Below are positions 37,985 to 52,769 of a stretch of 64,000 nt of DNA, piece after piece (positions within the stretch are counted from its first letter, which is position 1; every line of letters starts with the position of its first letter). This DNA comes from Octopus sinensis (lineage: Eukaryota). The stretch lies in assembly GCF_006345805.1 (NCBI RefSeq), contig NC_043001.1, positions 60,946,001 to 61,010,000 on the forward strand, written 5' to 3'. The notes under the pieces are model-generated. The model had not been told where the DNA came from. It ran no database searches and was given only the letters and a program-made list of their open reading frames with translations. The translations under genes were made by a program, and so were the position numbers.

Positions 37985-39000
37985 TTTTTGTATCGTCTAT
38001 TTTAATATTTTGCGTTCTTGTCCCATTTTGTATTTTTTTATATATATTTAAAATAGTCATATTAGAAAAATGTTATAAAATGTTTTGTGTCGGGGCATTG
38101 TTTTTGGAAAAATATCCGATTTCTTTTCAAATTTCTCAAATTTCTTTACCGATATTGCGTCATCTATTCGCTATGGCGTAAAGTAATTCCAGACAGGTGG
38201 AGGTAATCTGGGATGTTTTAGGTATAAGGGAGATAATAAAAAATGTTGGGAATGATTAGGTTTTATTAATTTAACATGATTTGCTTTTGATAGAATAGAA
38301 TGTCAGAACTGGTTAAGTTTTGGCTTATATTTTTTCAATGAAGTCGGTTTCCTTATTTAACCTAAGTTGTGTGGGTGTCCCAATGGTACACTGATAAAAT
38401 GGAAGATTTACAAATTGTAGTAGTTGCTTTCGCAATCTCTCAATGTGTTCACTAAAGGGTATCATTCTGTATACTGGGAATGCAATCTGCTGTCGGTGCA
38501 GAGTGCATCTGCGTCTAAGCGATAATCCCGTGGGCCCTATGTTGTTTTGGTTGCAGCCCAAGCATCTTATAACATAAATCAGGTTTTCTGAAGCACAAGT
38601 AAAATCAGATTTGATTTTGAATATTTGTCGCTCTTTGAAAAGGAATTCTGATCCTTCTAGAATGTTTGGGCATGCTGCGCAATTTTGTCAATCTCATTTT
38701 CTCACTTTTGCACCCGTTATTTCAGAAAATAATTCAGTCTTTGTGAGGATCTTTTTTTGATTTCGGTTATTTGTGGATTTTAATGATCTTATCTCTGTGT
38801 AAAATTTCCTTTAATTTGGGGTCCATATGCAGCATTGGTAAATTTTGGGTGATGATGGTGAAGGCTTCTTTGTTTCTACGGTTTTAATGTGGATATGAAT
38901 GGAAGTATTTTCATGGAAGATGTGTTGCTATGTTGAACTTTTCTTAAGGTTTTTATGTCGACTTGTGTTGCACGTCTGAATCCATCCTAAAGTTTTATAA
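37985..39000 (-). mobile_element. 5'-truncated PLE: Cys linker, GIY-YIG and 3' UTR; same family as 7978-10345
   Basis: CPNILEGSEFLFKERQIFKIKSDFTCASENLIYVIRCLGCNQNNIGPTGLSLRRRCTLHRQQI...ETDFIEK. Its 3' UTR aligns by eye with 10030-10300 (+). Confidence 0.85.
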
Positions 39001-39342
39001 CATTTTACTAACATGACAATTTAAATATATTCTTTAACCATATAACACAAATCTTCTGTACTTTTTCACTCTATTTTTTGTTCTCTCTCTCTATATATAT
39101 ATATATACATACACACATACAGATATATATATATATACATACACACATGCATATATATATATATACATACACACATGCATTTTTTGAAATTTTTACTACC
39201 AGTGGCCAAGTGTGTAAAACAATATTGTCAATAGATTATATACTATTCATATAAATACCCTAATAGAGGTTTGGATTTTAACTGTTCCTCCAAGCGTGCA
39301 AGGAATCCTATGACGGATATCACTTATGTGTTTAAATATACA

Positions 39343-39395
<53 letters not shown>

Positions 39396-39403
39396 TATGT
39401 ATG

Positions 39404-39450
<47 letters not shown>

Positions 39451-39452
<2 letters not shown>

Positions 39453-40258
39453 TGTTGGCAACTAAGTTCCCGTGGTTTTTTTAAAGTTTGGAATCTATGG
39501 GAAAGGTTCAGAAGTATGGAGAATAGGTTGTGCATGCTTTAAGTGACAACATCAAAGCTCAACGAGCCACAATCTCCGCTGGCTTGCTTGCTCTTCAATG
39601 CTCAACTCATGGACACAAGCTACGATTTATTTATCGAAAAGTGCCTGTACATCGATATGAAGCAGCGTAAGGAATGTCTTAGCCACGCTAAACAAGCGAT
39701 ACCGTACCGTGCGTGAAACAAGATCTTCCTCCACGTAAAATGATGTTGTGCCTATGGTGGGACTGGGAAGGGATTATCCATTACGAATTGCTTGAACTGA
39801 ACTAAACGGTCAACACGGAACGACTCAACACGGCTATTCATGAGAAAAGACCTAATCGGCATCATTGAGTTCTTCTGCTCCACGACAACGCCCGACCTCA
39901 TATCACTAATATGTCCAAGGAAGCCATTCAAATGCATGGGTAGGAAGTGATGCCACACACGCCGTATTCTCCTGATTTGGCACCAACGGATTTCCACCTC
40001 TTTCGATCTCTTTCAAATGCTATGCGCGGAGTTCCGTTCGATAATGATGCAGAACTGAGAGCTTGATTGGATCAATTTTTCCAGTCGAAATCGGGTGATT
40101 TCTACCAAAGAGGTATTGACAATCTTGTTAAACGTTGGGAAGAAGTTGTAAACAACAAGGGTGTATACATTATTGATTCATTAGTTGTTATTTTTTATTA
40201 AACCTTTTAAAAAATTTTAATTTTAAAAAAAAGTGGGAACTTAGTTGCTAAGCTAATA
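39451..40258 (+). mobile_element. Mariner deletion derivative with both TIRs
   Basis: TIR core GCAACTAAGTTCCC at the left end and GGGAACTTAGTTGC at the right end. KMMLCLWWDWEGIIHYELL, LLHDNARPH, PYSPDLAPTDFHLFRSL, KRWEEVVNNKG.YIID. N-terminal half missing. Confidence 0.9.
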
Positions 40259-40761
40259 CATATATAGGTATAAATACGTATACATATGTATGTTTATGTA
40301 TATATACATATATATATATAGGTGATAAAATAAAAATATATGCATACATACAAACATATATGTACGTACCTACATCTACATGTATATATACATGTATATA
40401 TACATGTATATATACATGCATATATAAATAATTATACGTGAGTACAGGACACCACAATAAGACGTAGAAACGAGAAAAAGAAAAAAAACAAAAAACAAGA
40501 AAACGAAAAAAACAAGTTACAGGACGAGCTACACAAGGAAAAAACCCCCGTCATCAGCTGTCGCTAGTGGAGTCAAGCATGTTTCGAAGGCAGAGACAGA
40601 ACACTAATCCAATAGGCCTTCCTGCGAGAGAATTAAAATATAATTCCAAGCAGCGGGGCAAAATGAGTACTTACATGAACAGGACGTAACAATAAAACTG
40701 CAAAAATAAAAGTACTCTAGAATAAGTAGAACGATAAATTTTATTCAATGCATAGAGACTG

Positions 40762-40953
<192 letters not shown>

Positions 40954-41249
40954 TGCTGAGATATGCTGCTTTACTGTAAATGATTTGTAAAACTTTCCAG
41001 AAGTTTATCATTTAAGTGAATATATGAATGTCTAGACATGCAAATATATGCATGAGAATAAATACATGAAAGAAAATATACTATTCCGCACTTGCTCTGA
41101 CTCCAAATATTGCACATATACACTCATACATGTAATAATACCTTGTTGGCGTTGCTGAAATTCCAATGTAGGAGCCTTGGATCTTGCCTAGAAACTGACT
41201 TATTCTCTATTGGCATATATATATATATTAAATAAAATTAGACAAAAAA

Positions 41250-42125
41250 CCAAGGCTGTGAGGAATTTATGTTAGGAGGAGAATGGTATTAGTCAAAAAG
41301 AAATGAGGAGGATACAATAACTAAGAAAGAAGAAAAAATGAAGAAAGGAGTGCTAGATGATGGTCAAGATATTGAGAATGATGGGTGACGGGAGCTATCA
41401 AGATAAAAAGCATAGGAACGGGGTAAAAGGAAGAGCTAAGACTAGAAGGAAAGAATATAGGTGAGGAGTGGAGATGGGGTAATATGCGTATACCCATGTG
41501 ATATACGCATATCAAAGTTAAATAACTGAATTGTAACGGAGTTGGGTGAAAGTAATCAAAAGAAAATAAAAGTGGTAAAAGAAATCAAAAGAAAATAAAT
41601 AAAAAGAACGGTTGATAGAGTGAGGTGGAGGGATTCTCAGTATTAACAATAGGTTTAAGTAAGGTGCATAGGTGTATGGTATCCAAGAATTGTATAAATC
41701 TACTCTTATAGGAGAAACCACTAGCAACTAGAGCTTGGTTATAGTAGTTGGCGTAGTTACAGAAGATTTCTTCATTGGCGGATAGAGCGGACATTCTGAT
41801 TATGCCTTTGATTACGCTCTCGAAAGTAGATTTATGTGTGGCTAGATTCTGTGTTGATGTACCTAAGGTATTCATTGGGTTCATCATATGGAGAGTATAG
41901 TAAAGAGTTTAATCTCAAATAACATCTAGAAAATTTGCTGACCTGTAAGAGTTTTCGAAAGAGATAGATAGATCAAAGTTGTGTTTTCTAGTTTTTCTTT
42001 TAATGTAGTCTACTAAATTTTAAACCATACGGATATACGCAGGATTTAACCTAAGACTTATGCTCATGGATCTACGCGTGATTGCACGTAAGAACTCATT
42101 CTCTGGTTTCTATAACTTACGAAAG
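41250..42125 (-). mobile_element. PLE RT C-terminal fragment (Penelope/Poseidon-like)
   Basis: FLDV...YSPY.EPN..RYIN-like segment, then IIRMSALSANEEIFCNYANYYNQALVASGF. Confidence 0.6.
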
Positions 42126-44319
42126 TTGAACTATGAACTTTTATGCTCCTCTTTTTCTTTCTTTCCATTTCCTTACTCTTTTACTCCCTTCCTGTAACTT
42201 GTCATCTTTTTAACATATGCCATTCTCATTTTCCATATTTCTCATTCTCTATTTTCTGTGCTTCATCCTATAATAATATTGTATACGACTTGATATGTTT
42301 GCCTTACCTTAATGTTTGTTGTTCTGTTTAACAATTATATATATATATACACCTTGCGCCTTCTTTCTTTCGGAAGCACGGGAAGCCGAGCCATATTTCT
42401 TTTAAAATCGCCCAAGAGTTTCTTTGTTACATTGAAGCAATATTCTAGTTATAAAAGCGCTGGAATGCCTTGAGGATTTTTATTAGTTTGATGTTGCAGG
42501 GAATTCAGTGTGAAATCGGCATTTTAGGTGACTGATGCAGAACGTTCTTCATAGGGCCAACGTGATTTCTGCATGCACAGAAACACACTGACTAATGCTT
42601 GCATATTGCTGCAAATTTAGTATTATATACATTGAATGTTTGTCTCCTTCTGGTATGTTGCATTCCGGCTTTGCTATAGTTGTATACATGAGCGATCTTG
42701 AGTGTCTGTGATGCACTTGTTTCGTCCGCATAGCTAGTAAGAGTGAGTGACTGTATGGCGGAGTGCATGTAAATACAACGAAGAGTTGTCTGTGAGGGAC
42801 TGGCTACGAAAATATGTCTCCTCACTGAAAATACTACTGACTGCAACTGCCTGACACCGACCTTTTAGAAACTAATTCAGTTACACCGCTTGTCTAGTTT
42901 TCCAAATATAATAAGGTTAACAAAATTGTTACACCTTTCCTTGTATCGATGATGACAAATTTGAGGTATATTGCATCCACAAATGGAAGATTCATACTGG
43001 TTTATCTTATCTCCTTTATTCTTCCATACCACTATCTCAGTATATTTTCGATATCTGAAAGACATTCCAATACTATTATCTTGTTTATTTAATCAGTTTG
43101 AAAACCTTTTCCGTCTAAGGAATTCCCTGTCTCTAGGGAATATTATGATTACATTGGCTCCTCTCAGATACAAATTCGATTTACATGGCTTTCATTGTTG
43201 GCGTAAATTTCTTTTAGTTTCTGTTCGTTGTTTTCCTGAGAGAGACGTTATGGTGAATTGTGTTTAACATTCTAGAATTTAAGTGATTTTCTATCAACTT
43301 TAGAGGAATTCACTTTGGAATGACCTCAAGTGCTTCATGTATGGCATATAACATCGACTGGATTTCGACCGCATGTTCTTAGTTCGGTTTTGGCGTAACA
43401 TTATAAATTATTAGTGACATCTTCGCATTGTGGATAAAGTTACATATTATTAGTAAAACAGAAGCCTAAGCTGTTTATTGTAAGTGGTGAGGTACAGCCC
43501 TATTCTTTCAAGTACATTGTTTTAGTGATAGCCAGTAAAACTTTTAGAGGATCCAATGATATTGAGATTATAAATTCGTGTCATGAAGTTGAATAGGCTC
43601 AACATTAAAATTGATCTAGCCTTATTAATGCTTCTTTTATCTCTCTATATCTTTCTTTGAATTTATCACCCTAAATTACACGTTATATGGTCAATGCGAT
43701 GTACATATTAACACTGAGTTGAATTATAGGTATTATTACTGCAACACTAACCGAGTTGGAATGTAATAACAGGCTTAAACCTTCAAAAATTTTCCACACA
43801 CATAATTACACATTCATGCATGCACATAGAGAAAGAGAGCGATGCTTTCAAAACAATAGCTGACACAAAATTGACATGTTGAAATATCAATAATTCCAAC
43901 TGCCCATAAGAATACAATACAGCCATTCCAGATAAAAGATCCCTTTGTTACTTTCCTTCTTTCTTTCTCCCTTTCTTCATGTCTTCCTTTCTTTCTGTCT
44001 TTCCTTTCCTTTTTTCTATCTCTAATCAAGCTTCCAAAAATTTACCGCATGCATACACACGTAAGCATGGAGACACACACACACACACACACACACACAC
44101 CACACACACACACATATATATATATATAGACATATGTATGCACACATACATATATGCACACACACATACACACACACACACACATATATATATATAGATA
44201 ACAAAAGAATTTCCTCTTCCCCATTCACCACCAGATATTTCAGCTAATACTCACTTATATAAAAAAAAACATAAATTTTCTGAGAAATCGGTTCGGAAGA
44301 TACAAAAATATATGCATAC

Positions 44320-44465
44320 ATACATATACACATACATAAATATATACATACACACATACATACATACATGCATGCATACATGCATACATAATACATACAT
44401 ACATACATGCATACATACATACATACATACATACATACATACATACATACATACATACATACATA
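44320..44465 (+). repeat. (CATA)n tetranucleotide repeat
   Basis: Direct reading. Confidence 0.95.
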
Positions 44466-45076
44466 AGTATATATATCTCCCTTGTACCTTTCCCTTTGTC
44501 TCTTTGATTTATTTCTAATCCTTCAATCCCGCTATCCCTGACCCTCTCTCCTTTTCCCACGTGATCGGTGACCAGCCAGTCATGATTTTTCTTTCTTGGC
44601 CTGACTGCTGATCGCCCAAACCTCTTATGTCCATCTACTATGTTCCACTTTATGCACACCAGCTCATTTTGACGCATCATGGATCGAAAAATACCTGTTC
44701 TTGTTTATATTTGTAATTGTGTACCTTTTTCTCCGTTTTATTTTGTTGCCGTACACATTCGCAAGCTTTCTTACAAAATATCTGATGCTCTTAGCTTAGG
44801 CCTTTTTGGAAGCAGCCAGGCGGAACAGTCTCAAGTAATATGACGGAAGAAAGTCTCAATCTGGTAATATGACTGAAGAAAGAAGGCCACGAATGATTCG
44901 ACCTTTTTTTGTCCGTCTCTCTAATTGTTTGGTTTTCCTGTCCACATTTGTATCGTCTAGCCGAATGATTTTTGTCCTCTATTGCGTTCTGTTCCATTAT
45001 ATACATATGTGTGCGTGTGTGTGTGAGAGAGAATGTGTATGTGTATGTGTTAATGTGTGTGTAAGTATATATTTCT

Positions 45077-45125
<49 letters not shown>

Positions 45126-45159
45126 TATGTATATACATATACATATATACGACGTTGGA

Positions 45160-45348
45160 GGACAAACATAGATACACAAACATATTCATATATTCGACGG
45201 GTTTCTTTTCAGTCCCCGTCCACCAAATCCACTCACAAGGCCTTAGACGACATGAGGCTATAGTAACAGACACTTGCCCATGGTCTCACTCAATGAACCT
45301 TGAACCATGTGGTTGGTAAGCAAGCTACTTACCACACACAACCACTCG
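45160..45348 (-). mobile_element. SINE family B, 5' half
   Basis: CAAATCCACTCACAAGGC, ACACTTGCCC, GAACCATGTGGTTGGTAAGCAAGCTACTTACCACAC. Confidence 0.8.
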
Positions 45349-48083
45349 TGGGTATTGAATATCGTTTACTGCATTGAGATGAACTGAATTTTCAAGTTTA
45401 CAAGGAAAAATTAACCTATATAAAAGCTATAATAATAAACAGAGTATAGAGCGGTTACAAGTAAATCATCAATATATGTCAATACATGGTAATACTACGA
45501 TGAGGTGACAAGCATGTAGCACTGAGTAGTCACCATTAACAGCTAGAATATATTCGGTAGATTACTAGTAAGTGCATTTGATATCCCTAAACTATACAAC
45601 GTAACAAAATATTTTCATGCTTTCAAGTTCAGGGTGGATAAGTGAGTAATTTACAGAGATTATCTTCTCTTTCATGCCGTGTGACTATTTCTGTAGTTAT
45701 GAAATGTTGCGCTACGATGTAAATGTGGAAATAACTTTTTCTGTGAAAATCACTTTTCTAAAACATTTTCTTGATTACACCTTGCTCTTGCAACTTTGGC
45801 TTGGCTAGGTTGATTACCCTACATATAGTATTACTTTTGAAGTTTATTTTATGATATTTAAGCATTACAAAAGGAGACTGGGAATAGAAATTTCATCCTG
45901 TCATCTGCCTTTAGTTTTGTCATTAACTTTTACCTCCTACATTAACATAAAAGCCCTGTTTTGTTATAGACCCGTTTTATATATCTTGGATATGAGACTT
46001 TTAAATGTGCTGAGCCCTATGCTATACAAATTTCTCGTTTAATAATAGGGGACAGGCAACATATCTTGTTTGCATACCGATGTTAAATGTTTACTTGGTT
46101 TAATATGGAATTTTCTTTGTTATATTTTTGTTATACGGTGTATTGTTGCCTATTTGTGGAAGTTCTAGGCTCCCTGGTAGGTTAGTATTCAGGTTAGGAG
46201 TGATAATGAAACTAATAACATACTAACGAAACCATACAAAATAATTGCTGAAATACGAACTTCTAGGGAAATTTAAATTTCGTGTTCTTCCCGAGTGATT
46301 ATAAAATGTATTAATGTAGTGAAAAACTAAATGATATGTAAAAGCCCCGAAACTGAATATATTAATAGTATCAGACAATACAGTAACACTGCTGATAATT
46401 ACATCGTAGACCATTAAATCTAGAAAATATTCCAAACAAACATATAACAGATATCTGATATGACAAATGAAGAATTTGTATTTTTATTTTTGGATATTTT
46501 TGCACGAAATACATTGTAACAAAATGCAAACTATTATACCAAATTCTTATACTGGCTAATCTAATTCCAGTTTGCAATATTTTACAATAAAGTGAACAGC
46601 TCTCTTCGATGTTTCTCATAGTGCATATATATGTATAAGTGTATATGTATGTTTGTATAACTATATATATAAGAAATAATTAAGATTCAGTTGAATTAGA
46701 TACTTAAGTTGAAGCACCAAGTCAGTCCGGCATTATCCGCACAGCTCGAAATAAGGAAAATAAAATCAAAATAAGCAACAGGACATCAGGTAGCAACGCA
46801 GTACGACCGTTTCAAGCTGCTCCATTTAATTGAACAATGAAATCATTATATCAATTTATATGAAATGCTATCGTCAGCTTCACAAATAAATAAAAGGAAT
46901 TTTAACAAGTAGGACACGTCAATGTAATTTTTCTTAACTATTTCAACAGAGTAAAAAGATGGATGACATTCATGCTGTAGCTAGGAATAGACTACAACTT
47001 CTAAGAATCGCATGGAGCATAGTGTGGCCATAGGATTGTAACGGTTGTAATTCATTTCTAATTCATTTATCTCTTTATCAACTACTAAATCTAAGACCTC
47101 ATAGAAGACTGCATCTATTTTAAATAAAGGACAAGAGGGAGTTGACAGCTCATGGTTAGGTATGGTCATAAGTATTATCTTATGTATACCTTTTCCCAGG
47201 GGTGAAATAAGACATTTGGAGTCGTATAAGCAACAGTCTATAAAATAGGCAGTGTAGGGGTAGCCTTTAAATCATGATGTTACTTACCAGTGAAAGAAGC
47301 AAGACGCTAAAAAACTTAAGATGTTAATACAGAGGAAATTTTGTTAGGAGCACTATGGGGGATGTTTATAAACAAATTGTTATGTTGTATAAAAATAAAA
47401 TTTAAGAATTCCAAGATTGATATCATACCCAACATAGGGAAAAGGCGTGACTATATCAATTATAAACATTAAAAAGGAAGATTACAGAAATTCAGCTTAG
47501 TATCCATTCATCTCGCATAAACTTAAGTAACTGAAAATATCCATTTAAGAACATGAAAAATAACAGTTTATAAGGGATGAGAGGTTAATCAGTAAGGATG
47601 TCAAAATAAGAAAACAAAATAATAAAAATTTATTTAAAATTAGTAAGAAATACATATAACCTACATATATAGATAGGGGCTTAAAATAAGAGGCAGGGAA
47701 AAGGTAAAGTTAACCCGAAAAGAGTGTGTAATATGTATGGAAGTAGTGATGGCAGTTAAAGGACTGAATAAATTTTATATGTTGTAACATTGGATGTGTT
47801 ATCGTATGATTTTATAGTTTCTAGGGTGTATATAATTTAGTCAAAAGGAGACTTACATACAGTCACAACAAGTATGCATAATATGATCAGTTGAGTAGAA
47901 CATCATAGAAAGGAAAATAGTGTAACCACCAAAATAGGATGAAGTCAGACTAACAAGACAAGGTTTATATTACATATAGCACACCACATACCACAACACA
48001 TAGCATGTAACATATGTAATGCAATATGATTCACCATAGAACATAATATGACTTTATATGACTCAAGAAATTTTATAAGAGGA

Positions 48084-48239
48084 TAATGGCTGTCTTGTGC
48101 GTTGACTAGATTCGTTGGCTGTAACCGTGAAAAATTATCGTTGGCCGTAATTGCAGTATTAGCAGAAGCCGTTTTACGGCCAACGGTTATTTTCACGATT
48201 ACAGCCAACGAATCTAGTCAACGCACAAGACAGCCATTA
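48084..48239. repeat. Fold-back, ~66-bp arms and 23-nt loop
   Basis: 48084-48150 is a near reverse complement of 48174-48239. It lies upstream of a hammerhead relic. Confidence 0.9.
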
Positions 48240-48328
48240 TGCTCTCTCCCACAAAACACCACCACGAGGACTCTGTTGAGACTAATAAAAAAAAATTATG
48301 AACTTTTTTATTACACTTAACTTTTAAC

Positions 48329-48381
48329 AATATTACTGATAAGGTTCCTTTTTTCAAGAAGAACCGAAACATGTAAAATAT
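48329..48381 (+). ncRNA. Hammerhead motif with C3-A8 mismatch
   Basis: ATATTA-CTGATAA-GGTTC(CTTTTTTCAAGAA)GAACC-GAAACATGT-A-AAATAT. Palindrome ACATGT, 5-bp stem II. Confidence 0.55.
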
Positions 48382-49071
48382 CTAAGAAAATTAAAATTTA
48401 TCTTATACAGTGGTGTTTTGAAACTTTTTTTATAAATATATACCCACTGGTATGCCACCTACACTTTATATATATATATGAAAGACTTTCCAACAATTTC
48501 TTTCGGAAAAAATATTTTGCTAATGTGTATGAGCGCGTTCAATTAACCTTTTCAAACACACTTTCTCTTGGTTAATGTATGGAACAGGAACATGTTATTT
48601 TTGTAGTAGTGGTAGTACTAATTATTTACGGCTTAATTTAGGACTTGGGGTTTTCATGAATTATTCTTCCTTTATCTTTCATAGTTAGTCATAAGTATTC
48701 TTTTACCACTGTTTATTGCATGGTGTGTTGACTATTTTCGGTTTAATTTCGGATTTAAAATTCTTATAAAGTAATATTTTATACAATGAAGCTTTCGCAC
48801 AAAACAGTGTTTAGGTATGAGCAAAATTTTAATTATCTAAAACATGTTTGGTATATTTCAACTGCTAAAATGCAAATACACTGCAGTCACTGTGCAAAAT
48901 AAATCTTCCGTATGATAGAAAAGTGTGAATACACCGGTTCGTTCAATGAAATATGTAACTGCAGTGTATTTGTCTTTTAGCAGTTGAAACATGTTGCGAA
49001 CATATTTCAACTAACCTGCTAGGCCACTGGTAGTGAAATTTCTAAAGATATTCGCTACCCTGTATATTTTA

Positions 49072-49198
<127 letters not shown>

Positions 49199-49651
49199 TA
49201 TAGGATAAAATGTTTTTCAGAAAAAATTTTATCAAAAGTGGTAGCATATTAAAATACCTATAAAGGTTAAAATTATAAACAACATATAAACAAGGGCAAT
49301 GGAAAATTTATTTCAATGCCAATATACTGAGAACAGACTTTAAATCGTCAATTTCCACATTTATAATATACATTCACTATAGATACACGTCGTGCTGAAA
49401 TCGAGGAAAGCGAGCTAACATATTTTTTTTTAAATGTTCGTTATTTCTATATTGAATCAATTTCGGGATAATGTATTTATATAAGGTTTACAATTATGGC
49501 CAGTCTGTAAGTGTGCATTGATTTCGCACCTATAAAGCGCTTAATTTTGTAGACGACGCGTAAGACTCAAATGGCCGGAAATATCTCTCTATCTGTCTGT
49601 CTATATATCAATCGATCTATTTATCTCTCTCTCTCTTTATATATATATCTA

Positions 49652-49693
<42 letters not shown>

Positions 49694-49859
49694 AAAGTGC
49701 AATTGGAGATTAAATACTCCTCATTAAGGGATTATAATATCTAATGAATTTACTAGACTTACCTATTATTTATTTAGAATTTTAGATTTAATATTAAAAC
49801 ATAGGAAAATAAATAAACTGAGGTTAATATTTATTTAAGGAAAATAAGAAAATAGAGAT

Positions 49860-50600
49860 AAATCTATTAATAATTATATTTATTAATTACAAAAATAGAC
49901 ATAATCTCTGACAGCTATTTCGGTTCAAACTTTGAAATAATTAAATCATTATAAAGGTAAATCTCGTGGGATGTAGAAGAAAAGATACACATTTGTATTT
50001 TTTATATGTTAAGTGTACGGAGCATATCAGCTAACTGAGTATTGTTTTATCGATTTACATATTTAGTCACACTTTTGCTTAAATTTTTATATTTTTATAA
50101 TTATATTTACACTAATAATAATATTATAATTAATTAAAAGCTTAATTACTATATATTGTCTACTTTTATACTTTTTAATGGCTACCCAGAATATAATATA
50201 TTACTTAAATTCTTATAAATATATTTACCCTTATATTAATGTGATACTTAAATATACGGTTCATTTTTATATTTTCCTTCTCTTCATACTTTTAATGTTT
50301 ACCCAATGCATATTATATCATTTATATAATTATGTCTCTTAATATACTACCTTCCCTCCCCTTTTATAAGGTTTAATTCAAGTTCTTCTATAAAACAATA
50401 CTCAGGTAGCTGATATGTTCCGTACACTTAACACATAACAATACAAAAATGTAATGGTATATCCTTTTCCTACCCGCGAAGAGATTCAACTTCATCATGA
50501 TTTGATTATTTTAATTAATTTTTAAAGTTTGAATCGAAACAGCTGTCAGAGACTATGTCTATATTTGTAGTTAATAAATATAATTATCAATTGATTTATT
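49860..50600. repeat. Diverged PLE fold-back (~190-bp arms) with hammerhead relic GAAACAGCTGTC-AGAGA
   Basis: 49860-50050 pairs imperfectly with 50390-50600. Same stem III palindrome as 21116-21234. Confidence 0.7.
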
Positions 50601-50934
50601 CCTATTTTCCTATTTTCCCTATAAATACATATATGTGTGTGTTTCTTTCATTCTCTCTCTCTCTATTTATTTCCTCTTTTTCCTATCTATTCAAGAGCGT
50701 AGGTTTTTTTTCTATTTTTCTCGAGTGTCAATCTAATATTCTTGAAATCGAGGGAATGAACAGAGAAAAATTGTTTCTTTTTGAAAAAGTTCAAAACAGT
50801 TTTTCTTTGTCCATTCCGTCGATTTCAACGTGTGCGTATATTTGATAAAATAGCTGAAGGCCTTTGGCGTATATTTCCAGTGTGTGACTTTACTTCTCGT
50901 AAGTGTCCATAATATTATGTTATACTTATTCATT

Positions 50935-51343
50935 TATTGCCCACAAGGGGCTAAACATAAAGGGGACAAACAAGGACAGACAAAGGGATTAAGTCGATTA
51001 CATCGACCCCAGTGCGTAACTTGTACTTAATTTATTCACCCCGAAAGAATGAAATGCAGAGTCGACCTCGGCGGAATTTGAACACAGAACGTAACGGCAG
51101 ACGAAATACCTATTTCTTTACTACCCACAAGGGGCTAAACACAGAGAGAACAAACAAGGACAGTCAAACGAATGAAGTCGATTATATCGACACCAGTGCG
51201 TAACTGGTACTTATTTAATCAACCCGGAAAGGATGAAAGGCAACGTCGACCTCGGCGGAATTCGAACTGAGAACGTAGCGGCAGACGAAATATGGCTAAG
51301 CATTTCACCCGGCGTGCTAACGTTTCTGCCAGCTCTCCGCCTT
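50935..51343 (-). mobile_element. SINE family A, two-unit copy
   Basis: Reverse-complement homolog of 17980-18548. Confidence 0.85.
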
Positions 51344-52221
51344 AACGTTATTTTATACTGTGAGTATATGAATGTTTGTTTGTATATTAGTATGTTTACG
51401 GAGTTCATCATGGGTATATGAATCTTCTGTGTCTCAATTTCATATGATCTACATATTTAATGTTTATGTTCAAGAAAAAATCTAGTATGCGCATACACTG
51501 TTGTAAAATATTTATGTAAGGAAACACGAAAATTTTAATTTTAATTTTAATGTATTAATTGATTTATATTTCGTATATAATTTTTACAATACGTATTCTG
51601 AATCCGGTCTTCGAATTAAAGTTTTCTGCGATTTTTATAATAGGATGAGTTTTTATTGAATGAATTTATTTTGTTTATTTTGTACATTGCATTCTTAAGA
51701 CCGTTTATTGAAAAGACCAATGAAACAGATCCCTTTTTAAAGGTGTATCCTTTAACTAGTTTTGATCATATCGTTATTGCGGTTCTATTTTAACAAAACT
51801 ATCCGATGAACGGGAACGTGAAACTGTGATGAGTAACAGCTTTTGATAAAATTTCTGCTACTTTTAAATAAAGTATATATATATATATATATATACATAT
51901 GAAATACAGTGTACATTTAAACACATAAGGAATCAACTCATGGGATACAATTCGACAGGAATGAAATGAAAAAATAAAATATTTTATCATCTAATTTCCT
52001 GGTTTCTGATTTTAATTTAGCAAGTAAATAAATTATACTCGCGGGGTGAAATCGTTTTCAACAAGGACACTTTAGATTTAAATATATAAACACGAGGCGA
52101 TTAACTATGTGCCTCTTGTTTATACAATTCATTTTTTCCAAATCTAATGCGCAGGCGCAATCCTTCGCCGGCAATAAAAAATGCCAACTTTTAAAAACCG
52201 AAAATTATCCGAAGACTTATA

Positions 52222-52721
52222 ATATTTAATCATATCAAAGGGAAATGGAAATTAATAGAAATTTTCATTTCCAGTGGCCTAGCGTGTAAAAATTTAGTCC
52301 AAAGACTATGTATTAGTCATAAAATACAGTGAACATTTAAACACATAGGGAATCCACTCATGAGATTCAACACGCTAGAAAGAACAGCTAGGTTCTATAA
52401 CCACAAAATTAGGGATAAAATTCGACAGGAATGAAATGGAAAAATAAAAACATTTTACCATCTAATTTCCTGGACCAATTGGTTTCTGATTCTAGTTTAG
52501 CAAGTAAGTAACTTATACTCTAAGGTATCCCTAATTTTGTGGTTATAGAACATAGCTGTTCTTTCTAGCGGGTTGAATCCCAAGAGTGGATTCCTTATGT
52601 ATTTAAATGTACACAGTATTTTATGACTAATACATAGTCTTTGGACTAAAATTTTACACGCTAGGCCACCAGAAATGAAAATTTCTATTAATTTCCATTT
52701 CCTTTTGATATGATTAAATAT
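52222..52721. repeat. MITE-like fold-back, ~196-bp arms and ~108-bp spacer
   Basis: 52222-52417 is a near reverse complement of 52526-52721. 51897-52040 is a deleted direct copy of 52321-52520. Confidence 0.85.
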
Positions 52722-52722
52722 A

Positions 52723-52769
<47 letters not shown>

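Noticed and set aside
40560-40640. Minus-strand GAAGGC..GCCTTC-GAAACATGC hammerhead relic
   Set aside because: Stem II is present but the CUGANGA core and palindrome are broken; too degenerate to call.
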